The notes below the pieces were generated by a model. The model had not been told where the DNA came from. It saw only the letters and a program-made list of their open reading frames with translations, and ran no database searches. A stretch of 64,000 nt of DNA from an uncultured Clostridia bacterium (GTDB lineage: Bacteria > Bacillota > Clostridia > Oscillospirales > Ruminococcaceae). The first letter of the stretch is position 1. The number at the start of each line of letters is the position of its first letter. Positions 28,199 through 37,465 of the stretch are shown here, one piece after another. A program made the position numbers and the translations under genes. The stretch is from positions 10,785-74,784 of the forward strand of contig CAMDZD010000006.1 in the NCBI GenBank assembly GCA_945910815.1, read 5' to 3'.

Positions 28199-28987
28199 AT
28201 GAAAAAAATTATTTTTTTTGATATTGACGGTACACTTATAAGTGAGGACGAAAATGCATATCTTCCGGAAAGTACTCTGAAAGCGATTTCGCTTGCTCGG
28301 AAAAACGGCTGTTATACCTATGTAAATACCGGAAGAACAATATGCAATATCGAAAAGAGAATACGTGATATAGGTTTTGACGGATATATCTGCGGTTGCG
28401 GTACTTATATCGAACATCAGGGGAAAAATATATTCTATCATAAAACGCCGGATAATATTTGCAGACTGATTGAGAATACTATCAGAAAATGCGGAGCAGT
28501 TCCCGTATATGAGGGCAAGGACGCTTTATATTACGATGAAAAATTTCAGGGCGATGAAAGAATAATTATGTTTATGAGAGAATTTCTCAAAAGAGGTGCA
28601 TCGTTTCTTAAAACGGGAGAAAATCCTGATTTCGGATTTGATAAATTTATAGTATGGGCTGATGAAAATACTGACAGGGAACTTTTTTATTCTTCTGTAT
28701 CACAGTATTATACTATTATAGACAGGGGAAACGGTCTTTTTGAAAATGTTCCGAAAGGATTTTCGAAAGCTACGGGAATATACAGGATACTTGAAATACT
28801 CGGAATAGATATTTCAAACGCTTACGCAATCGGTGACAGTATGAATGATTTGTCAATGCTTCAGGCAGTCCCGAACAGTATAGCAATGGGACAGGGAAAT
28901 TCTGTTCACAAGTATGTATCATATATTACAGATGATATTTACAATGACGGAATATGGAATGCCCTTAAGCATTTTGAACTTATTTAA
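28199..28987 (+). CDS. Cof-type HAD-IIB hydrolase
   Basis: Start refined to ATG 28199 (RBS GGGAGG). FFDIDGTL, NTGR, SKATGI, AIGDSMNDLSML motifs. Confidence 0.93.
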   Translation: MKKIIFFDIDGTLISEDENAYLPESTLKAISLARKNGCYTYVNTGRTICNIEKRIRDIGFDGYICGCGTYIEHQGKNIFYHKTPDNICRLIENTIRKCGAVPVYEGKDALYYDEKFQGDERIIMFMREFLKRGASFLKTGENPDFGFDKFIVWADENTDRELFYSSVSQYYTIIDRGNGLFENVPKGFSKATGIYRILEILGIDISNAYAIGDSMNDLSMLQAVPNSIAMGQGNSVHKYVSYITDDIYNDGIWNALKHFELI

Positions 28988-28995
28988 AATATTTA

Positions 28996-29109
28996 ATGCA
29001 GAGTTTTGCAGGGTATGCATACTATTTCCAATAGATTATATATTTTTTATAAAAAAATTTTTCATATGATAAATATATAAAACTATGCAAACCCTGCATA
29101 ACCCTGCAT
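28996..29109. repeat. Imperfect 26-bp inverted repeat built from ATGCAGGGTT units, flanking a 62-bp AT-rich spacer
   Basis: Left arm ATGCAGAGTTTTGCAGGGTATGCATA (28996-29021). The right arm (29084-29109) reverse-complements to ATGCAGGGTTATGCAGGGTTTGCATA, 3 mismatches. Confidence 0.85.
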
Positions 29110-29127
29110 AACTTAAAAATACAGCTA

Positions 29128-29156
29128 TTGACAATCCTGTATATTTATGGTATTCT
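29128..29156 (+). promoter_or_regulatory. Sigma-A promoter of the PPi-PFK gene
   Basis: TTGACA (29128-29133) - 17 bp - TATTCT (29151-29156), with extended -10 TG. Confidence 0.7.
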
Positions 29157-29219
29157 AATTTTAATTATGATATGAGAGGAGGAAAGGAATACATAAAAAA
29201 AACTGTATTCCTGTTATTT

Positions 29220-30425
29220 ATGAATATTGCTGTTGCACAGTCGGGAGGTCCTACAAGTGCTATAAATGCATCACTTGCCGGAGTTTATCTCGAAGCAGTC
29301 GAATCCGGAAAATTCAATAAAATATATGGTTCTCTGAATGGCATTGAGGGAATTATAAAGCAGAATCTTATTGAACTTTCTGAATATCTTAAAACTCCGG
29401 AGGACGTTGACCTGCTTATACATACACCGTCAACGGTTCTTGGTTCTTGCCGTTATAAAATTCCCGAAGAAAATGCCGGTGAAGTATATGAAAAAATTCT
29501 CGGATGTTTCAGAAAATACGATATAGGCGTATTTTTCTATATAGGCGGTAATGATTCTATGGATACCGTTATGAAACTTTCAGAATACTTTGAAAAAAAT
29601 AATATTACTGATATAAAAGTTATAGGAGTTCCGAAAACTATCGACAACGATTTATGCGGTACTGACCACAGCCCCGGATTTGGTTCGGCTTCAAAATACG
29701 TAAATGCAACAGTTCAGGAAATTGCAAGAGACAGCAGGGTATACAGTGTTGATTCCGTTACTATAATCGAAATTATGGGACGTCACGCAGGCTGGCTTAC
29801 TGCGTCAACCTGTTGTTTAAGAGCTAACGGCGAAACTGCTCCGCATTTTATATATCTTCCCGAAGTTCCTTTCAATGTCGATAAGTTCGTTGAAGATGTA
29901 AAGAGAGTGCAGAAAGAACATAAAGCCGTTATAGTTGCCGTATCGGAGGGCGTTAAGCTTGAAAATTCTCATCAGTACCGTTCCGGAAAGACTGACGCTT
30001 TCGGTCATCAGTATTTATCGGGAATAGGAAAATATCTTGAAAATATTATTTCCGATACTCTTAAATGCAAAGTACGTTCCATTGAGCTTAATGTTATGCA
30101 GAGATGCAGTTCGCATATAGCATCAAAAACCGATATTGATGAATCAGTTGAAATCGGAAGATGTGCCGTTAAAACTGCACTTGCCGGAAATACAGGCTGT
30201 ATGATGTGCTATGTCCGTGACAGCTCCGAGCCTTACAGTATTCATATTGAAAGCGTTCCCGTATCGCAGACCGCCAACCACGAAAAATATTTCCCTATGG
30301 AATGGATTAATTCCGAGGGCAATAATATTTCCGATGAGGCAATAAAATATTTCCTCCCACTTATTCAGGGAGAAGTTCAGCAGAAAATGAAAAACGGTAT
30401 GCCGGTACATTTCGTAATCAAATAA
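29220..30425 (+). CDS. pfp: Pyrophosphate-dependent 6-phosphofructokinase
   Basis: QSGGPTSAINAS, GGNDSMD (Asp at the G104-equivalent), PKTIDND (Lys at the G124-equivalent), MGRHAGW. Start taken at 29220 from the family N-terminus; the ORF is open from 29172. Confidence 0.85.
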   Translation: MNIAVAQSGGPTSAINASLAGVYLEAVESGKFNKIYGSLNGIEGIIKQNLIELSEYLKTPEDVDLLIHTPSTVLGSCRYKIPEENAGEVYEKILGCFRKYDIGVFFYIGGNDSMDTVMKLSEYFEKNNITDIKVIGVPKTIDNDLCGTDHSPGFGSASKYVNATVQEIARDSRVYSVDSVTIIEIMGRHAGWLTASTCCLRANGETAPHFIYLPEVPFNVDKFVEDVKRVQKEHKAVIVAVSEGVKLENSHQYRSGKTDAFGHQYLSGIGKYLENIISDTLKCKVRSIELNVMQRCSSHIASKTDIDESVEIGRCAVKTALAGNTGCMMCYVRDSSEPYSIHIESVPVSQTANHEKYFPMEWINSEGNNISDEAIKYFLPLIQGEVQQKMKNGMPVHFVIK

Positions 30426-30451
30426 ATTTTCATATTTTTCAAAATAAAATT

Positions 30452-30480
30452 GCATAAATTTTCAGATACTTCACATAATA
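30452..30480 (+). promoter_or_regulatory. Forespore sigma-G/sigma-F type promoter of spoVT
   Basis: GCATA (30452-30456) - 17 bp - CATAATA (30474-30480) matches the GNATR...CATWMTA consensus. Confidence 0.75.
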
Positions 30481-30525
30481 CAAATACAAATCCGAAAAAA
30501 TTTGTATACGGAGGTATCAGGATAT

Positions 30526-31062
30526 ATGAAAGCAACCGGAATAGTACGTCGTATAGACGATTTGGGACGAGTTGTCATTCCAAAGGAAATAAGACGCACA
30601 ATGCGTATAAGAGAGGGTGACCCTCTTGAAATATATACAAACAGCGAGGGAGAAGTAATATTCAAAAAGTATTCGGCAATCGGTGAAATGACCGAAAGTG
30701 CCGGACATATTGCGGATATTATGAATAAGCTTGCAGGCTGTCCCGTTGTAATATTCGACCGTGACCACGTTGTCGCAACATCGGGCGTATCAAAAAAGGA
30801 GTTTTCCGAAAGACGTGTCAGCAATCAGCTTGAGGAACTTATGGAAAACAGAGGGCAGTATTACAGCAACAGCGAAAATTCAAGATTTGTCGTTGCCGAG
30901 GGAGTAGAAAAAAACGGTCTTGCAGTACTGCCGATAATTTCAAACGGAGATGTTACAGGTGCAGTTGCATTTATGGAAAACGGTACAAATAAAGTTACCG
31001 AACTGCAGAAAAGTCTTATTACTGCATCGAGTCAGTTCCTCGGAAAACAGCTTGAATGTTAA
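30526..31062 (+). CDS. spoVT: Stage V sporulation protein T (AbrB N-terminus + GAF domain)
   Basis: MKATGIVRRIDDLGRVVIPKEIRRTMRIREGDPLEIY; C-terminal PIISNGDVTGAV..FLGKQLE. Start refined to 30526. Confidence 0.95.
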   Translation: MKATGIVRRIDDLGRVVIPKEIRRTMRIREGDPLEIYTNSEGEVIFKKYSAIGEMTESAGHIADIMNKLAGCPVVIFDRDHVVATSGVSKKEFSERRVSNQLEELMENRGQYYSNSENSRFVVAEGVEKNGLAVLPIISNGDVTGAVAFMENGTNKVTELQKSLITASSQFLGKQLEC

Positions 31063-31069
31063 AAAAAGC

Positions 31070-31096
31070 AGGGCAATCCTTAAAAAAAGGGTTGCC
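31070..31096. terminator. Terminator between convergent spoVT and glgB
   Basis: Stem GGGCAATCCTT/AAGGGTTGCCC. Confidence 0.65.
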
Positions 31097-31105
31097 CATT
31101 AATTT

Positions 31106-32914
31106 TTATATCTGCTTTTCTGGTATAGATTCAAAATAGATTGCAGAGAATGGAGGAAGATTAAGCTTTATAATACCTTTTTTATCGGGTTTGAAGGTTT
31201 TTTTCCTGTAATCGGTTTTACCGCCGTATTTCGGTGAATCAGATGACATTATAAGCTTATAGCAGGCATCGTTTACGGCATTGATTTCAAAATCGGTCTG
31301 TTCTGCTCCTCCGAAGTTGAAAACGGCTGTAATCTGCTGTATAGGGCATTTTCTTTTCATAACATAAACGCATTTTTCTTCCTGATGACAGTCAAGCCAT
31401 TCAAATCCCTGAGGGTCATCGTCCCACATATAGAATGCAGGAGTATTGAGATAGAGTTTGTTAAGGTCTTTCATAAATTTATGGAATGAATCGTGTACTG
31501 GATATTTAAGCAGATTCCAGTCCTGTTCACGTTTTTCGTCCCATTCACGGAGCTGTGCAAATTCGTTTCCCATAAAATTGAGCTTTTTACCGGGGTGAGC
31601 ATACATATACATATACATTGCTCTTGCCTGAGGGAATTTCTGTTCATAGTCGCCGTTCATTTTCTGAACGATTGTAGCCTTTCCGTGAACTGTTTCATCG
31701 TGCGAAAGCGGAAGTATAAAATGCTCATTATAGAAATACATCATTGAAAAGGTAAGCTTATGGTATTCCTGCGTTCTAATCCAGGGGTACTGGCGGAAAT
31801 AGTCAAGAGTATCATTCATCCAGCCCATATCCCATTTATAATCGAATGCGAGACCGCCCTCGGAATATGGTTTTGTAATCATAAGGTAATTTGTTGAATC
31901 CTCTGCACATAAAATAGCAGTCGGGTGGAGTTCCTTAAGCTTTTTATTCATTTCACGTATGAACGCAACAGCATTGTTGTTTACACCTCTGTCGGGATTG
32001 CCCTGCCAGTAGATAATACGGCTTATAGCGTCCATTCTTATGCCGTCAAAGTGAAATACATCAAGCCAGAAGTTAGCTGATGACTGGAGAAAGCTTCTTA
32101 CTTCGCCTCTTGAATGCATAAAGTTATAGCTACCCCATTCGCTGTGGGTAACGGCATTGTGAGGGTATTCATAAAGGGGAGTTCCGTCATAATTTGCAAG
32201 AGCGTAGCCGTCTACCGCAAAGTGTACGGGTACGAAATCCATAATAACTCCGATATTATTCTTATGGCATTTGTTTACGAGTTCCATAAGCTGAACGGCA
32301 GTTCCGTAACGTGAAGTAGGAGCAAAAAATCCTGTATTCTGATAGCCCCACGATTCATCGCAGGGGTGTTCGCAAAGGGGCATAAATTCTATGTAGTTAT
32401 ATCCGTTTTCCCTGACGTATGGAATAAGCAGGTCGGCAATTTCGCTGTAATTATACCAGCCGTTTTCTTCATCATCGGGATTTTTTTTCCACGAGCCGAG
32501 ATGGACTTCATAAATATTAAGGGGCTGACCGTGGCAGTCCGTACGCTTTTCAAGCCACTTTTTATCATCAAATTTAAATTTTGACAAATCCCTTATTATT
32601 GAGGCGGTAGCAGGGCGGAGTTCCGTTCCGTAGCCGTATGGGTCGCAGTGGTCTACAAAATCCGTATTTGTATGGTAAATTCTGTACTTGTACATCATAC
32701 CTTCAACGGCATCGGGAATATGACATTCATAGAACTGACCGTTTTTTATTTTTTCCATAGGAACGTCATTCCATTCGCTGAACTCCCCTATAACAGATAC
32801 TTTTACGGCATTCGGTGCAAAGGTGCGGAAGGTTGTACCTGATTCTGAAACTTTAGCTCCGAGAAATTCATAGTCGGTAAAGGAAAGACCTCTGTAAAAA
32901 TCATTCAAATCCAC
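31106..32914 (-). CDS. glgB: 1,4-alpha-glucan branching enzyme (GH13)
   Basis: IYEVHLGSW, SWGYQ, DFVPVHF, DGIRMDA, AEDST, KWDMGWMNDTL, LPLSHDE, GKKLNFMGNEF. Confidence 0.96.
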   Translation of the reverse strand: MDLNDFYRGLSFTDYEFLGAKVSESGTTFRTFAPNAVKVSVIGEFSEWNDVPMEKIKNGQFYECHIPDAVEGMMYKYRIYHTNTDFVDHCDPYGYGTELRPATASIIRDLSKFKFDDKKWLEKRTDCHGQPLNIYEVHLGSWKKNPDDEENGWYNYSEIADLLIPYVRENGYNYIEFMPLCEHPCDESWGYQNTGFFAPTSRYGTAVQLMELVNKCHKNNIGVIMDFVPVHFAVDGYALANYDGTPLYEYPHNAVTHSEWGSYNFMHSRGEVRSFLQSSANFWLDVFHFDGIRMDAISRIIYWQGNPDRGVNNNAVAFIREMNKKLKELHPTAILCAEDSTNYLMITKPYSEGGLAFDYKWDMGWMNDTLDYFRQYPWIRTQEYHKLTFSMMYFYNEHFILPLSHDETVHGKATIVQKMNGDYEQKFPQARAMYMYMYAHPGKKLNFMGNEFAQLREWDEKREQDWNLLKYPVHDSFHKFMKDLNKLYLNTPAFYMWDDDPQGFEWLDCHQEEKCVYVMKRKCPIQQITAVFNFGGAEQTDFEINAVNDACYKLIMSSDSPKYGGKTDYRKKTFKPDKKGIIKLNLPPFSAIYFESIPEKQI

Positions 32915-33054
32915 TTTTTATCATCTCCGTTGACAAAAATTCATAATTATATTATAATCATATTATAATATATTTCCCCGCATTTTTCAACACCAAATTA
33001 TATAAAACAGTATAATAAAAGACGATTTTAAAAAAATGTCGTGAAAGGATAGTT

Positions 33055-33585
33055 ATGGATTTAAGAGTATTAAAAACTAAACAGAGCATAAGAAATGCAT
33101 TTATGGAACTCAGGAAAAAAAAGCCGGTTGAAAAAATTACCGTCAGGGAACTTTCAGAAATTGCAATGATAAACAAGGCAACTTTTTATCTTCACTATTC
33201 TGATATTTATGAGCTTGCCGATGAAATTGAAAACAGTATAATTCAGGAAATTTTCAACGAACTTACGTGCCTTAACAGTATTTTTGAACAGCCCTCAAAG
33301 CTTACAAGGGAAATAGTTACGGCTTTTTATAAAAGACACGAAATAATTTCAATACTCTTTTCGGATATACGTTCCGGAAAGCTTGTTGACAAAATCGAAC
33401 AGGAAATCAAAAAGCGTACTCTGAAAAGTGATTCATCAGTCCAGAAACAGATGATGCTTACATTTGTGATTCAGGGTTCTTTTCACACTGCTATAAAATA
33501 TAAAAATGAAAACGCTGAAACAGTTTATTCAACGCTTTCAAAGTTTGTCGAAACAGTCGTGAAATCTTATTTAAATTCCGATTAA
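33055..33585 (+). CDS. TetR/AcrR family transcriptional regulator
   Basis: DLRVLKTKQSIRNAF..ITVRELSEIAMINKATFYLHYSD HTH. Confidence 0.92.
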   Translation: MDLRVLKTKQSIRNAFMELRKKKPVEKITVRELSEIAMINKATFYLHYSDIYELADEIENSIIQEIFNELTCLNSIFEQPSKLTREIVTAFYKRHEIISILFSDIRSGKLVDKIEQEIKKRTLKSDSSVQKQMMLTFVIQGSFHTAIKYKNENAETVYSTLSKFVETVVKSYLNSD

Positions 33586-33642
33586 CATTTTTTAATGTAC
33601 TTTCATATAATATCATAAAAAAACAATGAGGTGATTTTTTAT

Positions 33643-33978
33643 ATGGACGGTGCATTGCTTACAGCTATACTGATTATTACAGTTATTGCGGTTGCGGAAG
33701 GTGTTTCACTTTTTGCGGAATGTATTTTCAGAAATCAGAAAGAGCATTACTATGCGGTTATACCTGTTGTTTCGGGTGATGACTCTTTAAGGGAACGCAT
33801 TTCCGGTACTCTTGAACAGACAGATGCAGATATTATTCTCCTTGACTGCGGTGCAGGTACAATACATAAGGATTTCTGTGAAAGATTCTGCCTTAATCAC
33901 GAAAATGCTGTTTTTCTTGCTCCCGATGAACTGAAAAAATATTTTTCCGAATCGTTTGCAATTATGCAGAAAAGATAG
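33643..33978 (+). CDS. Small membrane-anchored hypothetical protein
   Basis: RBS GAGGTG, ATG 33643, N-terminal hydrophobic helix followed by an alpha/beta segment; no family recognised. Confidence 0.65.
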   Translation: MDGALLTAILIITVIAVAEGVSLFAECIFRNQKEHYYAVIPVVSGDDSLRERISGTLEQTDADIILLDCGAGTIHKDFCERFCLNHENAVFLAPDELKKYFSESFAIMQKR

Positions 33979-34019
33979 TATAATATTGATATGATATATT
34001 ATTTCCGGAAGGGATTGCT

Positions 34020-36242
34020 ATGGAAGAAAAAGATATAAGGATTGAGGGAACTGTTGAAAGCGTTCTCTTTAAAAATGAATCAAACGGCTATATCGTTCTT
34101 GACCTTAATGCAGGTGATGAGCTTGTAACAGTTGTCGGGGAGCTTGGAGATATTGAATGCGGTGAAATTCTGACCGTTGAGGGAAACTATACTTTTCACC
34201 CCAGATTCGGAAAACAGTTCTGTGCAGTATACTGCGAGAGAAAGCTCCCCGATGATACTGTTAATATTGAAAAATATCTCTCCTCCGGAGCTGTCAAGGG
34301 AATAGGTCGTTCACTTGCAAAGCGTATAGTCAGCGTATTCGGAAAGGATACCCTTGAAATAATCGAAAAAACTCCGCAGAGACTTATGGAAGTCAAAGGC
34401 ATATCAAAAAACAAATACAACGAAATCAAGAACGACATCAAAAAGCTTTTCGCATTAAGAAATGTTGCATCATATCTTACGCAGTACGGAATAAGAACTC
34501 AGTTTGCAATGAGAGCCTATCAGCGTTTCGGAGAGCATACTCTTGAAACTATCCGGAAAAATCCTTATTATATGTGTCAGGAGGGAATAGAACTTGATTT
34601 TTCAAAAGCCGATTTGCTTGCCTCGGAACAGAATTTCAAAAGAAATGATTCAAGAAGAATTATTGCCGGAATACAGTATATATTGAGTCAGAACGCTTTA
34701 GGAGGTCATTCGTGCCTGCCGCTCGACAGAATATGCGAAAAGGCACAGGTGTTTCTTGATGTATCAGAAAGCGATTTCTATGATGCATACGGTCAGGCTC
34801 TTGAGGAAAGAGAACTTTTTGAATACTGTAAAAACAAGCGTGAATTTGTATATCTTCAGGAATACTATTCAGCAGAAAAATTTATAGCGGTACGCCTTAA
34901 TCTGTGCAGTAAATATATTTCAAAGCCTGATTGTGACTGTGATTTTCTTATAGATATTGAGGAATCCGAAAATAATATAAAATATGAATCCCTGCAGAGA
35001 AAGGCTATAAGCGAGGCAGTTTCAAAGGGAGTCCTTGTAATGACGGGAGGCCCCGGAACAGGTAAAACTACTTCTATAAATGCCATAATATCAATATTTG
35101 AGAAAATGGATTGCGAAGTAGCTCTGACAGCTCCGACAGGACGAGCCTCAAAGAGAATGAGTGAACTTACAGGCAGGGAATCAAAGACTATTCACCGTCT
35201 GCTTGAAGTCGAATTTGATTCAGCAGGCAGACATAAATTTATACACGATGCAAATAATCCTCTTTCCTGCGATGCTATAATAATAGATGAAATGTCTATG
35301 GTTGACGTTCAGCTCTTTTCATCACTTCTTTGTGCATTGCGTTTTGACTGCAAGATAATAATGGTAGGTGACAGCGACCAGCTCCCGTCAGTAGGTGCGG
35401 GAAATCTTCTTAAAGATATTATAGACAGCGGAGCTGTCCCCGTAGTTCAGCTTAAAGAAGTATTCAGACAGGCAAAGTCAAGCTGTATTATTACAAATGC
35501 CCATAAGATTATTAACGGGGAATTTCCTGACCTTAAACGTCACGACAATGATTTTTTCTTCTTTAAAAGAACTGACTGCAATAATATTCTTCAGCTTATT
35601 TCCGACCTTGCCGGAAAGCGTCTGCCTGATGCATATAAATATTCTCCTTTTGAAAATATACAGGTTCTTTCACCGTCAAAAAAGGGAATACTCGGAGTTA
35701 TTGAAATAAACCGTTTTCTTCAGAGACATCTCAACCCTCCCGAAGATTTCAAGCCCGAAATAAGAAATCAGCTCTATACGCTGAGACTGGGCGACAAGGT
35801 AATGCAGACTAAAAACAATTATAATATAGTATGGTATAAGGACGATGAAAGCGGTTCGGGAATATATAACGGCGATATAGGACGAATTGAAAAAATAAAC
35901 AGGAGTTCTATGGAGGTTACTGTTAATTTTGACGGCAGAACTGCCGTATATACTGCTGATATGCTCTCACAGCTTGAGCTTGCCTATGCCATTACGGTAC
36001 ATAAAAGTCAGGGCTGTGAATTTGATGCAGTTATAATGCCCGTTACGTGTGAATTTAAAAAGCTCTGTTACAGAAATCTTTTATATACAGCTGTAACACG
36101 TGCGAAAAAACTGCTTATTCTCATAGGAACTGAAGACGATATAAGAGAAATGACCGAAAATAGCAAAAAAACATCGAGATATACGTGTCTTGCGTATATG
36201 CTCCGCAGATATGAAAGGAAGATTGACGATGCCGAATGCTGA
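34020..36242 (+). CDS. recD2: ATP-dependent RecD-like DNA helicase
   Basis: HhH GAVKGIG, TGGPGTGKT, APTGRAS, TIHRLL, IIDEMSMVD, GDSDQLPSVG, LAYAITVHKSQGCEF, LLYTAVTRAK. Confidence 0.96.
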   Translation: MEEKDIRIEGTVESVLFKNESNGYIVLDLNAGDELVTVVGELGDIECGEILTVEGNYTFHPRFGKQFCAVYCERKLPDDTVNIEKYLSSGAVKGIGRSLAKRIVSVFGKDTLEIIEKTPQRLMEVKGISKNKYNEIKNDIKKLFALRNVASYLTQYGIRTQFAMRAYQRFGEHTLETIRKNPYYMCQEGIELDFSKADLLASEQNFKRNDSRRIIAGIQYILSQNALGGHSCLPLDRICEKAQVFLDVSESDFYDAYGQALEERELFEYCKNKREFVYLQEYYSAEKFIAVRLNLCSKYISKPDCDCDFLIDIEESENNIKYESLQRKAISEAVSKGVLVMTGGPGTGKTTSINAIISIFEKMDCEVALTAPTGRASKRMSELTGRESKTIHRLLEVEFDSAGRHKFIHDANNPLSCDAIIIDEMSMVDVQLFSSLLCALRFDCKIIMVGDSDQLPSVGAGNLLKDIIDSGAVPVVQLKEVFRQAKSSCIITNAHKIINGEFPDLKRHDNDFFFFKRTDCNNILQLISDLAGKRLPDAYKYSPFENIQVLSPSKKGILGVIEINRFLQRHLNPPEDFKPEIRNQLYTLRLGDKVMQTKNNYNIVWYKDDESGSGIYNGDIGRIEKINRSSMEVTVNFDGRTAVYTADMLSQLELAYAITVHKSQGCEFDAVIMPVTCEFKKLCYRNLLYTAVTRAKKLLILIGTEDDIREMTENSKKTSRYTCLAYMLRRYERKIDDAEC

Positions 36243-37248
36243 TATAGGAATAGATTTGGGAACTGCCAACATAGTTATGACTATGGGAAAAAGAGGCGTT
36301 ATCCTGAGTGAACCGTCTGTTATAGCCTATAATACATATACGGAAAGAGTTCTTGCGGTAGGCAAGGAGGCTTATAAGATGATTGGAAGAAATCCCGATT
36401 ATATTGCGGTAGTACGTCCCGTAAGTGAGGGAGTTATTTCCGATGACGACCTTGCTCACAGTATGATAAGGGAATTTATTCTCAAGGTTGCAGGTCATCA
36501 CCTTATAAAGCCAAGAATTATTATATGCATACCCTCATATATTACAGATGTTGAAAGCCGTGCCGTTGCCGATACTGCAAGAAGTGCCGGTGCAAGACAG
36601 GTATATATGATTCAGGAGCCTGTTTCCGCTATGATTGGAGCGGGAATAGATATTTCCAGAGCTAAGGGAAATCTCGTTGTAGATATAGGCGGAGGAACTA
36701 CCAACGTAGCTATTGTATCTATGAACGGCGTTGTAACTTCAAATACTATAAAGGTTGCGGGAAACTGTATAGACCGTGCAATTATAAAATACGTTCAGAA
36801 TAAGTACAAGCTACTTATCGGCGAGAGAACTGCCGAACATGTAAAGATACATCTTGCCAATCTCTATGACCCGAATGTCGAAATTTCTATGCCGGTAAAG
36901 GGTAAAAATCTTCTCAAGGGACTGCCCGAAACAATAAATCTTAATGAAACTGAACTTTATGAGGCTGTCGAGGACGAAATTTTTCAGATACTTGAGGCTA
37001 TAAGAAAGGTTCTCGGAGATACTCCGCCCGAACTTGTAAGCGATATACATTCAAACGGAATTATCCTTACGGGCGGAGGTGCATTGCTTGGCGGACTTTG
37101 TCCTCTTATCAAGAGAACACTCGGAGTTGAATGTCGTGTTGCCGATGATGCTATAAACTGCGTTGCAAAGGGTACCTGCGTTGCATTCAAGGAAATGAAT
37201 ACACTGCTTGACGGCTTTGAAAATGTTCCGGTATATAAATACAGATAG
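36229..37248 (+). CDS. MreB/Mbl family actin-like rod-shape protein
   Basis: IGIDLGTAN, EPSVIA, VDIGGGTT, IGERTAE, LTGGGALL. Start refined to ATG 36229; not followed by mreC/mreD. Confidence 0.92.
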   Translation: MPNADIGIDLGTANIVMTMGKRGVILSEPSVIAYNTYTERVLAVGKEAYKMIGRNPDYIAVVRPVSEGVISDDDLAHSMIREFILKVAGHHLIKPRIIICIPSYITDVESRAVADTARSAGARQVYMIQEPVSAMIGAGIDISRAKGNLVVDIGGGTTNVAIVSMNGVVTSNTIKVAGNCIDRAIIKYVQNKYKLLIGERTAEHVKIHLANLYDPNVEISMPVKGKNLLKGLPETINLNETELYEAVEDEIFQILEAIRKVLGDTPPELVSDIHSNGIILTGGGALLGGLCPLIKRTLGVECRVADDAINCVAKGTCVAFKEMNTLLDGFENVPVYKYR

Positions 37249-37260
37249 GAGGATTTTTAT

Positions 37261-37428
37261 ATGTCATTTGATTACATAATAACACGTATTGAGGGAGAAT
37301 ATGCTTATTTAAAGCGTCTGGACAGTGATGATGAAATTTTTATAGCTCTTGCACTTCTTCCTTTCGGGAGCGATGTCGGAACCAAGCTTCACTGGGAAAA
37401 TTTTGAATACAGCATTATTGAACAGTAA
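37261..37428 (+). CDS. 55-aa conserved small protein (DUF3006-like), absent from the supplied ORF track
   Basis: RBS AGGAGG then MSFDYIITRIEGEYAYLKRLDSDDEIFIALALLPFGSDVGTKLHWENFEYSIIEQ*, followed by a terminator. Confidence 0.8.
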   Translation: MSFDYIITRIEGEYAYLKRLDSDDEIFIALALLPFGSDVGTKLHWENFEYSIIEQ

Positions 37429-37460
37429 AAAAAGGCAGTTTACTTATGACTGCCTTTTCT
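37427..37460. terminator. Bidirectional intrinsic terminator
   Basis: Stem AAAAGGCAGT/ACTGCCTTTT between convergent genes. Confidence 0.75.
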
Positions 37461-37465
37461 GTATG

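Noticed and set aside
30457-30471. CodY-box-like AATTTTCAGATACTT upstream of spoVT
   Set aside because: Two mismatches in a very AT-rich region; it lies in the spacer of the sigma-G-type promoter, so chance is likely.
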